Source: Harriotta raleighana (Eukaryota). From it: a stretch of 64,000 nt of DNA. This document shows, one piece after another, positions 1 to 11,800 of the stretch; position 1 is the first letter of the stretch, and each line of letters begins with the position of its first letter. The DNA lies in NCBI GenBank assembly GCA_050575255.1, contig JBNZDD010013373.1, forward strand, positions 210,662-274,661. The letters run 5' to 3'. Below the pieces are notes generated by a model. The model saw only the letters and a list, made by a program, of their open reading frames with translations. It was not told the origin of the DNA and did no database searches. A program made the translations under genes and the position numbers.

Positions 1-14
1 CCCCCCCCCCCCCC

Positions 15-350
15 GTTACACTATTACCCTGACCCCAGCCGTTACACTATTACCCCTGACCCCAGCTATTACACATTAACTCTGACCCCAGCTGTTACAC
101 TATTAGCCCTGACCCCAGATGTTACACTATTAGACCCCCCCATTACACTATTACCCTGACCCCAGCTGTTACACTATTACCCTGACCCCAGATGTTACAC
201 TATTACCCTGACCCCAGCTGTTACACTATTACCCTGATCCCAGCTGTTACACTATCACTCCTGACCCCCCCATTACACTATTACCCTGACCCCAGCTATT
301 ACACATTAACCCTGACCCCAGCTGTTACACTACAGTGTTACTCTGACCCG
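15..350. repeat. Minisatellite, ~26-bp unit GTTACACTATTACCCTGACCCCAGCT
   Basis: About a dozen imperfect tandem copies are directly visible. Confidence 0.9.
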
Positions 351-689
351 CTAGCAGCCACCCACGTACAGTAAACTAATTAACCCACGAACTAATCAAA
401 CGACGTCTTAGAATAACCCCGGCTCTCCTTGCTGAATGTCAGTCACAATAACGCTTGCCCTCCCTTCTTACATCACTTCTTCTTGGTGTAACCTAGGTGT
501 CATCCCAGTGCAACAACGGAACTGGGGAGGGGGGGGGGGGGCGGGGGAAAGCAAAGCGTGAAATTCACTTGTGATTTAAATAAAACAATTTTTGCAAACC
601 CCTACTCTCTCTCACCCCGCGCCCCCGTCCCCCCCACTAGCCCCCACTTCTCCTCCTTCCCATTTGATATATATATATATCTTACAGTG

Positions 690-806
690 CATCATATATT
701 TCGCCCACAAATATACAGTTCCGTTCACTTTACAGCACATTCTGCGAAGCCCTTCGAGAGGTCTAGAAGACGCGAAAAGCGCTGTAACAAATGCAAGGAT
801 GATTAT
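690..806 (+). mobile_element. SINE 3' fragment (family A)
   Basis: CCCACAAATATACAG...GTGAAAAGCGC...CAAATGCAAGGAT tail that recurs many times in the window. Confidence 0.8.
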
Positions 807-815
807 CACTGTATA

Positions 816-938
816 CAGGGTGATCAAAAAGTCTCTTTAATTTTCAATTATTATCTTTTTGTTTAAAAAAAATCAGAATTTCTTCAAAAGCTTATTAGAC
901 AGGTATTGCAACGGTTCTGTGACTTTTTGGTCACCCCG
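816..938. mobile_element. Small Tc1/mariner-type MITE
   Basis: Terminal inverted repeats CAGGGTGATCAAAAAGTC / GACTTTTTGGTCACCCCG; TA on the left. Confidence 0.7.
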
Positions 939-1084
939 TGTCACTAAAAAAAATAGTGAGCAGTGATTTTCCCAATAGACTGCTGTTATTATAAGAATTT
1001 ACATGGGGGTGGGGGGGGGGGTGTGGATGGGATGGATGAGGAGTCTGCTGAGGGTCAAGTGGATTGACAGGAACGACCCACCCA

Positions 1085-1215
1085 CCCGCCCACCACACGT
1101 GACCAGCGCCTTGCCTTCGTCGGGCCCCGGAGTGACTTCGGACGTGACGTCGTCGGAGCTGCCGCGGCCGCCGGCAGTCCAGGCGGGGGAGCGCGGGCTC
1201 TGGTTGCCAGGTAAC
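1085..1215 (+). promoter_or_regulatory. CCP110: CCP110 CpG-rich promoter and probable non-coding first exon (donor after 1210)
   Basis: CpG cluster; E-box CACGTGAC 1096-1103; CRE-like TGACGTC 1145-1151; CAG|GTAACG donor; X-box GTTGCCAGGTAAC 1203-1215; next acceptor ends at 2653. Confidence 0.65.
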
Positions 1216-1764
1216 GTCCCGAGTATGGCGGCCACAGCCCCCATCCCCTCTAACCCTGCCCCACGGTGACTGGGGACGCATCCCTCACCTCCACAGCGGC
1301 AGGTGAAGCTCTCCCCCCCCACCCCAACTCCCCTCCTTCCCTCCCTCCCTCCCGCCTGCCCGTCCTCCCCGGGAGGATGTGAAGCTCTGTGTGTGTGTGT
1401 CTNTCCCTCCCTTCCTCTCGCCTGCCCGTCCTCCCCGGGAGGATGTGAAGCTCTGTGTGTGTGTGTCTGTTTATCTCTGGTCGTTAAGGAGTAGCTAACG
1501 CCTGTCGCTCTGAGGCCTACTCCTCCCACATCCAACCCATCGCCCTCACCCTCATACCCTACCCCCACCTCCCCCACCCCTCGGCCTGACCCGCCACCCC
1601 TTCTCCATCCTCCCACACCACACCAGAGTGACACTCGCCTCTCGAATCCTGATGTAAGCGTCTTGTTTCCCGTCAGAGAAACAAAACAAAATTGTGGACC
1701 GCAGCTTCAGGGATTAGCTCCGAGAAGACCTGAACAGCGCTATCAATCATTCAGTCAATCAATC

Positions 1765-2040
1765 AATATTACATTTATATAGGGCCTTGGGAGGACGTCC
1801 CAAGGCGCTGAACAGTCAAATAGGGAGCAGAGTGGGTGGGGGTAGGGGGAAGGAAAGTAGGGAAACAAATTGACTGCTCAGTGTATTTGTGGGTGGAAAA
1901 CAGCAACCAAATAGCACACAGCAGCGTCCCACAAACAGTCATGGAAGTGGGGTAGTGGGGGGAGAAAGGTGGCAAGGGGAGGGGTCGGGCAGGGTAGGGG
2001 GAAGGAGAGCAGGACAAACCGACTGTATGTTTGTGGGCGA
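1765..2040 (-). mobile_element. Deu-domain SINE, family B (L2-type tail)
   Basis: Reverse complement of the elements at 34817-35095 and 48075-48470. Confidence 0.75.
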
Positions 2041-2295
2041 TAATATCAAATGGGAGGGATGTTAGTGCAGTATTATTATTCCTACTGAAGTTTGTCGAGA
2101 GTAAGATGTCCGAATTGTTCGGCGGCGTTACTTTGCAAGTTAATTTTTTTTAACAAAAGAAAACTGGGGTCTGAAGCAGTAACTGTCCAGCGCCTTGGAA
2201 TGTCCTCCTGACGTGAAAGGCGTTGTTACAAATGTAATTTTGTTGTTGTTGTTGTTGAAAGATGATGATCACAAATGACAAGTCTTTGCTTAGCT

Positions 2296-2340
2296 GGTGA
2301 CCAAAACTAGACGGTGACCAAAACTAGACGGTGACCAAAA
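2296..2340. repeat. 17-bp tandem repeat GGTGACCAAAACTAGAC x2.6
   Basis: Directly visible. Confidence 0.85.
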
Positions 2341-2681
2341 TGTTTGCAAACATTTATTTTTTAACTGAAGACGATGTGTAGCGTTCAGCTTCACTTGCGA
2401 AAAGCTAGATAATAATTGGCTCCATGGGTTTGTTTTTATCCAGTTAGAACTAAAAGAAAACTGCAATTCTTGTCTAAAAAAAATTTGAATCGTATTTAAT
2501 TTTATTATTTTATTATGTGTTTTATTTTCAGCGCCTTGGAACGACTATGCAAGAGTCATTTTGTTGTTTATTTTAAATTTTAATTACGTTATTTTACGAT
2601 TAAAGTAACTGTCCAATGCTCACGAATAGTTAATTGATATTTTTTTTATGCAGCCAGAGTCCGAATATTAAAGCAGATAGA

Positions 2682-2822
2682 ATGGAAGAATACGAGAATT
2701 TCTGCACAAGACATTTGGCCAGGATTCAGAACAAACTGGTGAAAAATGAACCTTTACAATCAATTCAACAGAAAGGCATCTCCGTTATTCAGTTCCACGG
2801 TATTGCCATACTCTCTCCTCTG
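2682..2822 (+). CDS. CCP110: CCP110 coding exon 1
   Basis: [16 protein letters not shown]...[10 protein letters not shown]; donor GTATGA. Confidence 0.93.
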
Positions 2823-5800
2823 GTATGATTTATTCATTTTTGCCAAACCAAACTTTAAATAATTATTAAGATTTAGCAAATTTCATGGGTAGAACTATAT
2901 TCAGACGAATATTTTCTGTGAATTGCTGGGACCAGTGAAATAATTTTTTTAAAACAAGGAAGTTGTTGCCCTTTGTGTTTCTCTTTGTAATAAAGAAGGA
3001 AAATTTTCTTTGGCAATAACAGTAAAATGTGTGTATTCTAAATAAGCTCTAAAATTAGGTTGAGCAGTCATACATTTTCTGTTGATGTTTATTTGTTTTA
3101 TGAGCTCTTAATTATTCTGTTGCCACCTTTGTTTTCTATTGGGTTTCAAATTGCATAACTGGGTTAGCAACCTAGAAACGGGTGTAGGGTATTCAGTCCA
3201 TCAAGCCTGTTCTGAAACCTGGTTCTTACAGCTATGCTGGAGATGGGGAGAATGATGGCACGGTCGAAAAAGGAAAGACTTGAGCCGTGACTTGAAGGAG
3301 GCTAGGGAGGGGGCGAGGCAGAGGGATTGCGGGATGTAATTCCAATGATTGGGGGCAGAGTGACTGAAGGCTTGCCCACCAATGGTGGGGCAGTTAGGTT
3401 GGGGGACATGAAACAGACCGGAGCTACCTGAGCAGGGAGACTGGACAGGTGGTCGAAGCCTATTAGAGACTCATCTGGTTCTTCCCCATACTTTCATTTC
3501 CATCAGGGATGTCTGGTTTTTCTTTGCAGTAGCACTCAGGCTAGGAACTCGGTCAGGGAATTGAACTTGTGTTCTGCCTGTCAGTGGCAATGGTACTCAA
3601 AATTTCATCAATGTCGCAACAGATATCTACTATGGATTTAGAGTAGCAATTGAGGAAAGACTAAAATAGCCAATAAGCCTATGAAGGTTTATATTTTTAT
3701 CGATCCGTTTTTTTTACCGCGGTTCCAACATTTCTTTGCCTTTTAGGAATTTTGTAATGATGTATCCCAAGGTCACAGAATGTTTAACAGATTCTTCACT
3801 TTGACAGATGTGTATTCCATAAACATAGTTTAATGAACACGCATGAAGCGGTTACCTAATAATTAACTATAAGCTTTTATTTGCAGCATGAATAGCTGAG
3901 CTTCAGTAGGTTATTTGATAGCGTTAAATTAGTTTTGAGTTACAAGCCTTCCAACAAGTACAGAGAATGCGCAGCAGTGCTAAATAGCCTGCCTTTGTAT
4001 TTAGAGGCTTAGATTGCAGTAATTATCATGAAGCACAGATTTGTTGAAAGCTCAGTGCTTAACAACAAGCTTGACTCAACTAATATTCTTCTTGCAGATG
4101 AGTGCTGAAAGGAAGCTGGAGATGCAGCAATACAGACAGAAGTCAATGGAATTGGAGCACAGCTGGGAAAATGCTGAAAAAAGTGCCTTACTCAACCGTG
4201 TACAAGAAATTATTGAGAATGTGCAGGTTTGTATTGCTTTTGCAACTTATTTATTTAGATTTTAAATGCCTAGGCTGGCCCGTCATCCAGAATAATGTTT
4301 AAAAAGAAAGAGATGCTGGTCTATATATTTTTTTAAAATACTTTTTATAACAAAAAATACTGTATGACATTCAAATATTGATAATTGCAATATTTCAAAG
4401 TTGCTGTTAGTTTGCTGAACAGAGTTGTTCTGTCCTAGTAAAAAAAAAAAAATATTAACATGATTTGATGTGGGTTTAATTCCTTAATGAATGTCACCTA
4501 TTAATTTGCAAATCAAAATCTGGGAAAGGATGTTGAAGTTAATCACAATTAGTTGTAAACAAACTTACGATAAATCCACCTGATAAAAATTTAATTCTAG
4601 CAATTTGCCTAGGAAAAGTATCATGCAAACCTTTTGGTGTTTTCCCTAGATTTATTTTAATTTATAAAGTTGTTACTTGTTTTAGTTTGGTGAAACAGCT
4701 AAGTACATAAAGCAAAGTGTTAGTTTAGTTAAACAGCTAAGTACATAAGAACATAAATGCTGGACGAAAAAAGATAAAGTTCCATCTAGCTTGCCTTCTA
4801 CCTTTCCTGGCTTGCATAGATGACCCTATGTGCTGTATCCCATAATGTTATTCCCTAAAAGAAAACTATCTAATCTGCATCTGAAGGAATCAACACTTCC
4901 TGCTTCAATCATCCCCGAAGGAGTCTATTTCACAGGTTCACTATTTGCTCACTGAATTTTCCCCCTTTCAATCGCAGACCGTGACCTCTTGTTTTACTTT
5001 TCTGGACAAGTTGAACCAGCTTGTCATATTGTCTACTTCCTTTAAAATCTTAAAGCCAGCAATTATGTTGTCTTTCAATCTTCTCTTTTCCAGCGTGAAC
5101 ACGTCCAATTTACTATGTAGCTCCTCATAGTAACAAATGACAAATGCTGAAATAATAACTTTTTATTCAAACATTAATTATCAACAAGGCATTAACAACA
5201 AAGGTTTCATGGAATGAAATGGTAAACCCTTCCTGTGTATCATCGCTAAGCCTGTATAATTGTGTTTACAACTGAGCCATGGATACAAAAGAGCAAAGGA
5301 TTACTTTGCAAATTTTGTAAGGTAATCTACTAGTATTGATTGAATCTTAGGTTCCATTTAATGAATTATTTTGTCATTGATTGCTTGAAGAGACTTTCTG
5401 GATTTAAGAAGGCAACATTAATAGATAGCTTTCTTAAAAAATGAAAAATACAAATAACTGGTGTGTTTGTCTTTGGCAGCTATCAAAACTTTATCACTCT
5501 TAAGTTGTCTTTGGAGCATTTGTCAGTATTAATTGCTTGTAGATTAAAATTAAAAATCAGTTGTTAAAAATGATCACAACCATTAAAAATTAGGTGTGTA
5601 AAATAAGTTTGGTTCAATTTAAAATATTATAATGTAAGCAGAGGCACATTGGCTCATCTTTTAAATAGGAAGTACAACTACCGTGAACACTATACATTTT
5701 GAGTTGATGCATGTTGTGTCTTTTTATTCTAAAGGTACGGAAAGTGCCAAGAACTGTGTGTGTCAAAAAACCTGTCGCTCAAGAAAAAATTGATGCAACA

Positions 5801-8800
5801 AATGGATTTACAGCAGTGCACCATACTGACTATTTTTCAGCTCTTGAAACTCAGTCTAACAAGCAAGAGGGCCTCATTTTGTCAAATAAAACTGAATTGA
5901 TGTTAAATGACACAATCACTAATGAATCCGAACAAATTGAATTCCTCAAATCCACTCAGAGTATCAAATCTGACAATGTTGTTTACACAGAATCATTCTC
6001 TTCCAATGGCACCAACATTGAACTTTCCACGAATATGAACCCTAAAAAAGATAAATTAGAAATCAATGTTCTTCCTCCTGCAAAGGAATCCCCTGATCTC
6101 TATGCAATGAGTCTTCAGAATCTTCTCAGAAAGTCGAGAGAATATGTGGAGAGAGATCAACATCGGCGTACTGGGAGAAATGCTTCCAAGGAAGGTACAA
6201 ATGGGAGCCACTCGGACAAAGAAAATGAAAGTGTTAAAATCAATGATTGGGAAAGGGATAGGAACAGAGTTTCCAACAGAAGTCGTAGTTCTAGTCCCGT
6301 GATTGTGGAAAAATCAATCAGTTTGAAGTCAGCTGCACAGATGCAAGTTGTCTCCATAACCAATGAAAGCTTTGAATTACACCATAAAATGACAGTTAAT
6401 ACCCCCACTTCAACTTCGTGTGTTTCACCAAAAGTAGACTTTCCAGTAAGATCAGTAACAGCCTTGTCTAAAGAATCCGAATCAGATGAATGGATTAACA
6501 GCTCAGCATACGAACACAACAGCAGTTTGTTCAAGAGTCTGATAGGATCCCATGCCAAATTACCCAACCCTGAACCAAGCCGAAGCCCGAAGATGCATCA
6601 AAGATGTTCTCGGACATCGGCCAATATTCAAATTAACCATCCAGTGAATGCCTATGACTTAAGTCCAAAAGAAAAGTTAAGACCAATAACTGGGACAGAT
6701 CAAGGTATCAAAAAAGCTGTGAATACGCTTGAAATCAGGAAAGCATTTCCAAATGAAATTTTGCCTTCAGTTAACCAAGAAGCAATTGAACATAGTTGCG
6801 CCAAACTGCAAGATCTTTCAGAAGGTACAGTGAAAGCATTTGATGTGCCACCCGAAGGTATATTTGCTGAGCCTTTTAGTAAATTTGAAGGAAACATGGT
6901 CAGTAACTTAAATCCAATACTGTTGAGAAGCCAGATTCATGGAGAATCGTTTAATTTGGATGGCACTTCTTTCCCTGTAGCTAAACAGAAAATCCAACTG
7001 CCTGAAACTGAGACTGAACCTGATGTCAGCAGCCAAAAGTCTAACACTGTGATTGAGAAGCCTAAGCAAAGGTTACAGGTTGATCTTAACAAATCCTATG
7101 ATATTGAAAGTCCGTCTCCCATACTGCTGCAAAGTCAACATAAAAAGCGACAAATGGATTTATCAGGTTTATCTTCTGGAAGCGAAAATAATCTGGAACA
7201 AAGCATTGAAACCAAAGCCAAACGTAAATTAGATCTGGAAGTGTCAAAGGTCAAAGAAAACAAACCACTTGTTACTACGACTATGGGCTCAATTGTTCAA
7301 GAGAAGAACCCATGGATACAAGAGGAGAAACATCAGAAAGATCATCTTGGCAGCTACAAACCTGAAAGATCTTTAAAAAGCCACATTAATGTCTCAGGTA
7401 AGAACTGTAGCTATCCTTCCAGATACAGTACTCAGGTGCGATTATGTGACTCGTTGACCCTACATTTCTTTGTTTAGAAGATGGACTGATCTCAAAACAG
7501 ATGAAAGCTTTTGAAGAAATGCGGAAGCGATTGGAGCAGCAACACACTTTGCAGTTATCCATGTTAATTGCTGAACAGGAGAAGGAACAAGAGAAATTAC
7601 GGCAGGTAGGAAGTTTTACCAATAAATAAGCTCCACGTTTTGAGTGAGGTTTGTTATAAAATATAGACAGCCATTATTGGAAAAAGAATATGATTTAAAC
7701 TGTTTTATTGTTTATTTTTCTAGGAATACTGCACTTCACAAAACCTGTGAATACTCTAAACTGGTCCTTTTTTGCACTCTTTAAATTGTGGGATTGCTTT
7801 TAACATTTAGAGGAAACTTAATCAGCTTTGAATGTCAAAACACTTTACACTTGTGATTTTCACATCAGGAGAATGTACTGAAGTGCTTGATAATTCTGGC
7901 TGGGCACTGGAACTGAGTGGGGTAAGGATGGGAATGATGACTGAAAGCAGGGTTCGATGGGTATATTTTGAAGCATCAACAATGATAATGTAATTTAGAT
8001 GAGGAGCTATGTTTAGGATCTGCAAATGCACTGTCAAAACTGGCCACCTGCAACATCAGCTGCAGCTGTTCTGCTTGGTGCAATAGAGGCCAGCAAAGTC
8101 ATTTTGTTTGTTCCCATTGGCCAACGAGACACGAACGACTGAAATAGAATCATTATATTTGCATGTATTCTGTAAATAACTTCAATCAAAATATTAGACT
8201 TTTTGATTCATTCTCAACATTTGAATTTGCAGGAAATAGAAGACAAGGAAAGACTATTCAGAGAATCAAAGGACTTTGTGATGGATTCGCACAGAAGCTA
8301 TTTCAGTAAAGAAAGCTCCTTCGATTGGAAGAGAATAAGTGAAAACTGTTCTATGGAATCCGGGCCCAATCGAATGGATGGTGTGCAATCTGTATTTCTC
8401 ATAGCATTGACAATTTGAAGTTCAGAACATGTGTATTTATCTTAAGACCACAAATGTTTTATATGCAATGGAGCACCTATGGTAGCTATTAGTTTTTTGT
8501 TCAATATTTTGAAATATTTATTTCAATGAGAACTAATGTTTTTTGTTCTGATTTTTGTCTAGGGGTTATCAATAATTTAGCTATGCAGAGTTCCAGTTTG
8601 ACCATGCCAGGCACTGAATCTGTTTTCTATCGAAGAGGAACTGTGACTGCTGAAATATCTGAAATACAGGCTCCCAGTTTTCTCATCAGATCAAAGCCTG
8701 GATGGTCACAGGTGATTTTGCTGCCATATACATTCATTTATAGAAGGAATCTCAGTGATGAAATTCTCACAATGATGATGAAAATTTTAATGGACTTTCT

Positions 8801-11800
8801 ATTTCAATGAAAAGGCTAGTAATATCTTCAAAAGTTCCATATTGCTTATTTAACTTCTAATTATCTCAAATCATATGGTAGTCGAGCTATTTTGTTCCTC
8901 CCTTGCATCACTTGTTTTTATAAATAGTCCCTGTGAATTATGAGAAATTAAAACTTAATTTTGCTTAAAACAGCTAATTCATTCATACAATGGTAGTCCT
9001 CTCAACTCGTATCTAATGCAGTATAAGGGAAATGCTATATTGCACTGATTGACAAAGATACCTTCCTTCAGAAGAGACTTGAAACCGAGATCCCACTTTC
9101 CTGTTCATACACAATTCAAACAGAAAAGGGAGTTTCTCCCAATATCCTGGTCAACCGTCTCAGATACAACAGGAATTTATCATTCACTCCTGTTTTGTGG
9201 GACATGACATTAGCTGCTGTGTTTGCATTATTTCATGTCTCTTCAAGTTGTCAAAAATGCTTACTTTGTGTGGGAACCAATTAATTGTGTGGGGTTTAAT
9301 TACCTTCTGTTTTATTTTCAATATTCAAGAAATAAATGTGATATTTTGAGAGCTGATTAGACCAAGTCTTTGAAGTTATATCGTTACTTCTGTGAAATAT
9401 TTATCTTTTACTATTATTTCTACTCCCATCTTATTTTGTTTTATTGCATTTAAGATAAATACGCCAAAGATCCGGCAGATGTTTGATAAAGTCACAGCTC
9501 TTGCAAAAGGATTCCTCACTCGCAAAATGCTGGAAACCGAGAAACTGAAGCAACTTCGACAGACTGTAAAAGTGAGGAATTTACTAAATATGGCTATTGA
9601 TCTGGTTATGATTAAATGTTGAAACAAAACTAGAATAAGTTTCAGAATTATCTAGGTGTTTATTAGCTGTCAAAAGTTTGCTATCTTATCTGTATAAACC
9701 TTGGGCAGAAGTATGAAAATTCTAGGGGAAATATATGTAAATAAGACATTTTTTTAAAAAAACGGAAGCAAGAAAAACATCAATTGGGGAAGAGAACATT
9801 CAATTGGAAAGTTCAGCACTTGCAGTGGATTGTAAATTTCCTTTTTATGTTCACTATGTAATTTCTTATATTTGTACTAGCTTTGTTGATGATAGGATGT
9901 AATAACTTACATCTGCAGTTATTTATTGCAGGATACGTTAGAATTTATGAATAACTTCCAAAAAGAAGGACCTTTGAAAAGAAGTGTTGTTTCATCTCAA
10001 GATGTTTCATTGAAGGAAAGAGTTTTTGCTCAGGTATTAAATCAAACAATAATTTTTTTCATGTGGCCAAACAACAAACATAAATAAAATGGATAACCAT
10101 TTGTCTTGTTTTCTTTCCCCAGTTACGAGCTGCCCTCTATGAGATTCATGACATCTTCATTGTGTTAAGTCCTGCTGAGAGAATGCAGATCCTGCAACAC
10201 GACCGTGAAATTCGGAAAGAGAAACAATTGCGGCAGATGGTAAATTTCTGTGACATTTGATATCTGAATGAAATAAGAGCGTGGTACATTGCTGTGTGCT
10301 TAAAATATAATAATAATTAATAATCCTTGCATTTGTGATAGCGCCTTATCGCATCTTCGAGACATCTCAAAGCGTTTCACAGAATACATTGTAAATCGAC
10401 TGTATATTTTGTGGGCGAAATGCAGCAGCCAATTGTTTTACATTAACCTTTTACAAAAAGATTCTAATTTATAGCATTCACCATCTTGGGTCCCAAACCT
10501 CTGATTAACCAGCGCCCTGGGACATCTTTCAAATGTGAAGGCTGTTTTACTTGCTTTCGCAAAACTGGCAGCTTTCCTGATTCTTGGTTCTCCTTTTTCA
10601 CTCGATTTTTGGATATTTGCATATTTATACATTTGGGTTTGATTTGCTATATTTCTTAGCGCAGTTCTTTACTGAGCTATTTTTTAAGGGGGAATATTGA
10701 TAATATTGCTATCAGCTTTCACCAACTCCTTTCATCATTGGAGCAGAGTCTGGAGGTTGTCTCAACATCCTTCAACTTATCAGAAGACATTCCCATTTGC
10801 ACAACAAGCCAGTAAGAAATAATAATTATACTGTACCATTGTCTCTACTTACGATAATATTGCTATCAGCTTTCACCAACTCCTTTCATCATTGGAGCAG
10901 AGTCTGGAGGTTGTCTCAACATCCTTCAACTTATCAGAAGACATTCCCATTTGCACAACAAGCCAGTAAGAAATAATAATTATACTGTACCATTGTCTCT
11001 ACTTACGGTTTTGTTTTATTATTTGTAGGAGAAGCGGAAAAGTCCGAAAGAAAGAATATCCCTTTCTGCTGCTACACAGAAATCTTTAGACCGGAAAAAG
11101 CAGCTAAAGTAAGTGCAGCTATAGTTAGTAGCTATTGTAATTTTTTTTACAATTCAGATACTTAGTTGAAAATTGTTTTGCAGTTATAGTTTGCCATAGT
11201 TTTACCGCTGCAATATACTTTATAGCTCTGAGATGCTATTCAAAGTACTTATTGGGGAAAACAAATCTGTGTTACTGCAATCGTATATTAAGTTTGTTTT
11301 TCATCTTGTCAGAAGTTTGATCAGTTTTGTCTTATCAAGGGCTGCTGAGATGGGAATAATCAATAAACAAAAGTTAAATGCAAAACAAAAGGTTTCTTCT
11401 CAAACCAGGTAAGGCCAGAAGTATACCATAATAAATTATATTTATGTACAACGCCTTTCATGTGAACAAATGTCGTGAGGTGCTCGATGAAATGAATTAG
11501 AAATAAAGGTGTTGTTATGGAGGGAAAATTAGAAGTAAAATTACACATTTGCCTCTGGTTATTTTCAGAATTCTTCAGCCAAGTCAGGGGCAGAATGCCC
11601 CAACGCAAAGGGCACTCCATAGACAGGGGTAAGATGCAATGTAACTAATCTGAATTTTTACATTATTTTGTATTATGGTCATTTGAATTGTAGCAGAATT
11701 GGGTAAGCAGGATATATCCCTCCGGGGAGGAAGCGTGCATTCCAACAATCTATATCTGGAATTTTAGTGCAGATGTGATGCATCGAATGTACAGTTTGGT

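Noticed and set aside
15-350. Regularly spaced repeats resembling a CRISPR array
   Set aside because: No unique spacers and a eukaryotic context; it is a minisatellite.
350-560. Expected head-to-head neighbour GDE1 on the - strand
   Set aside because: No recognisable GDE1 coding sequence in the window.
1341-1468. Direct repeat containing (TG)n
   Set aside because: Split by N1403; assembly overlap.
931-1634. GC-rich ORFs on both strands near the CCP110 promoter (likewise 15785-17060)
   Set aside because: Low-complexity products of GC-rich and duplicated sequence with no recognisable protein.
6157-6897. Antisense ORFs inside the large CCP110 exon
   Set aside because: Shadow frames of the real coding exon.
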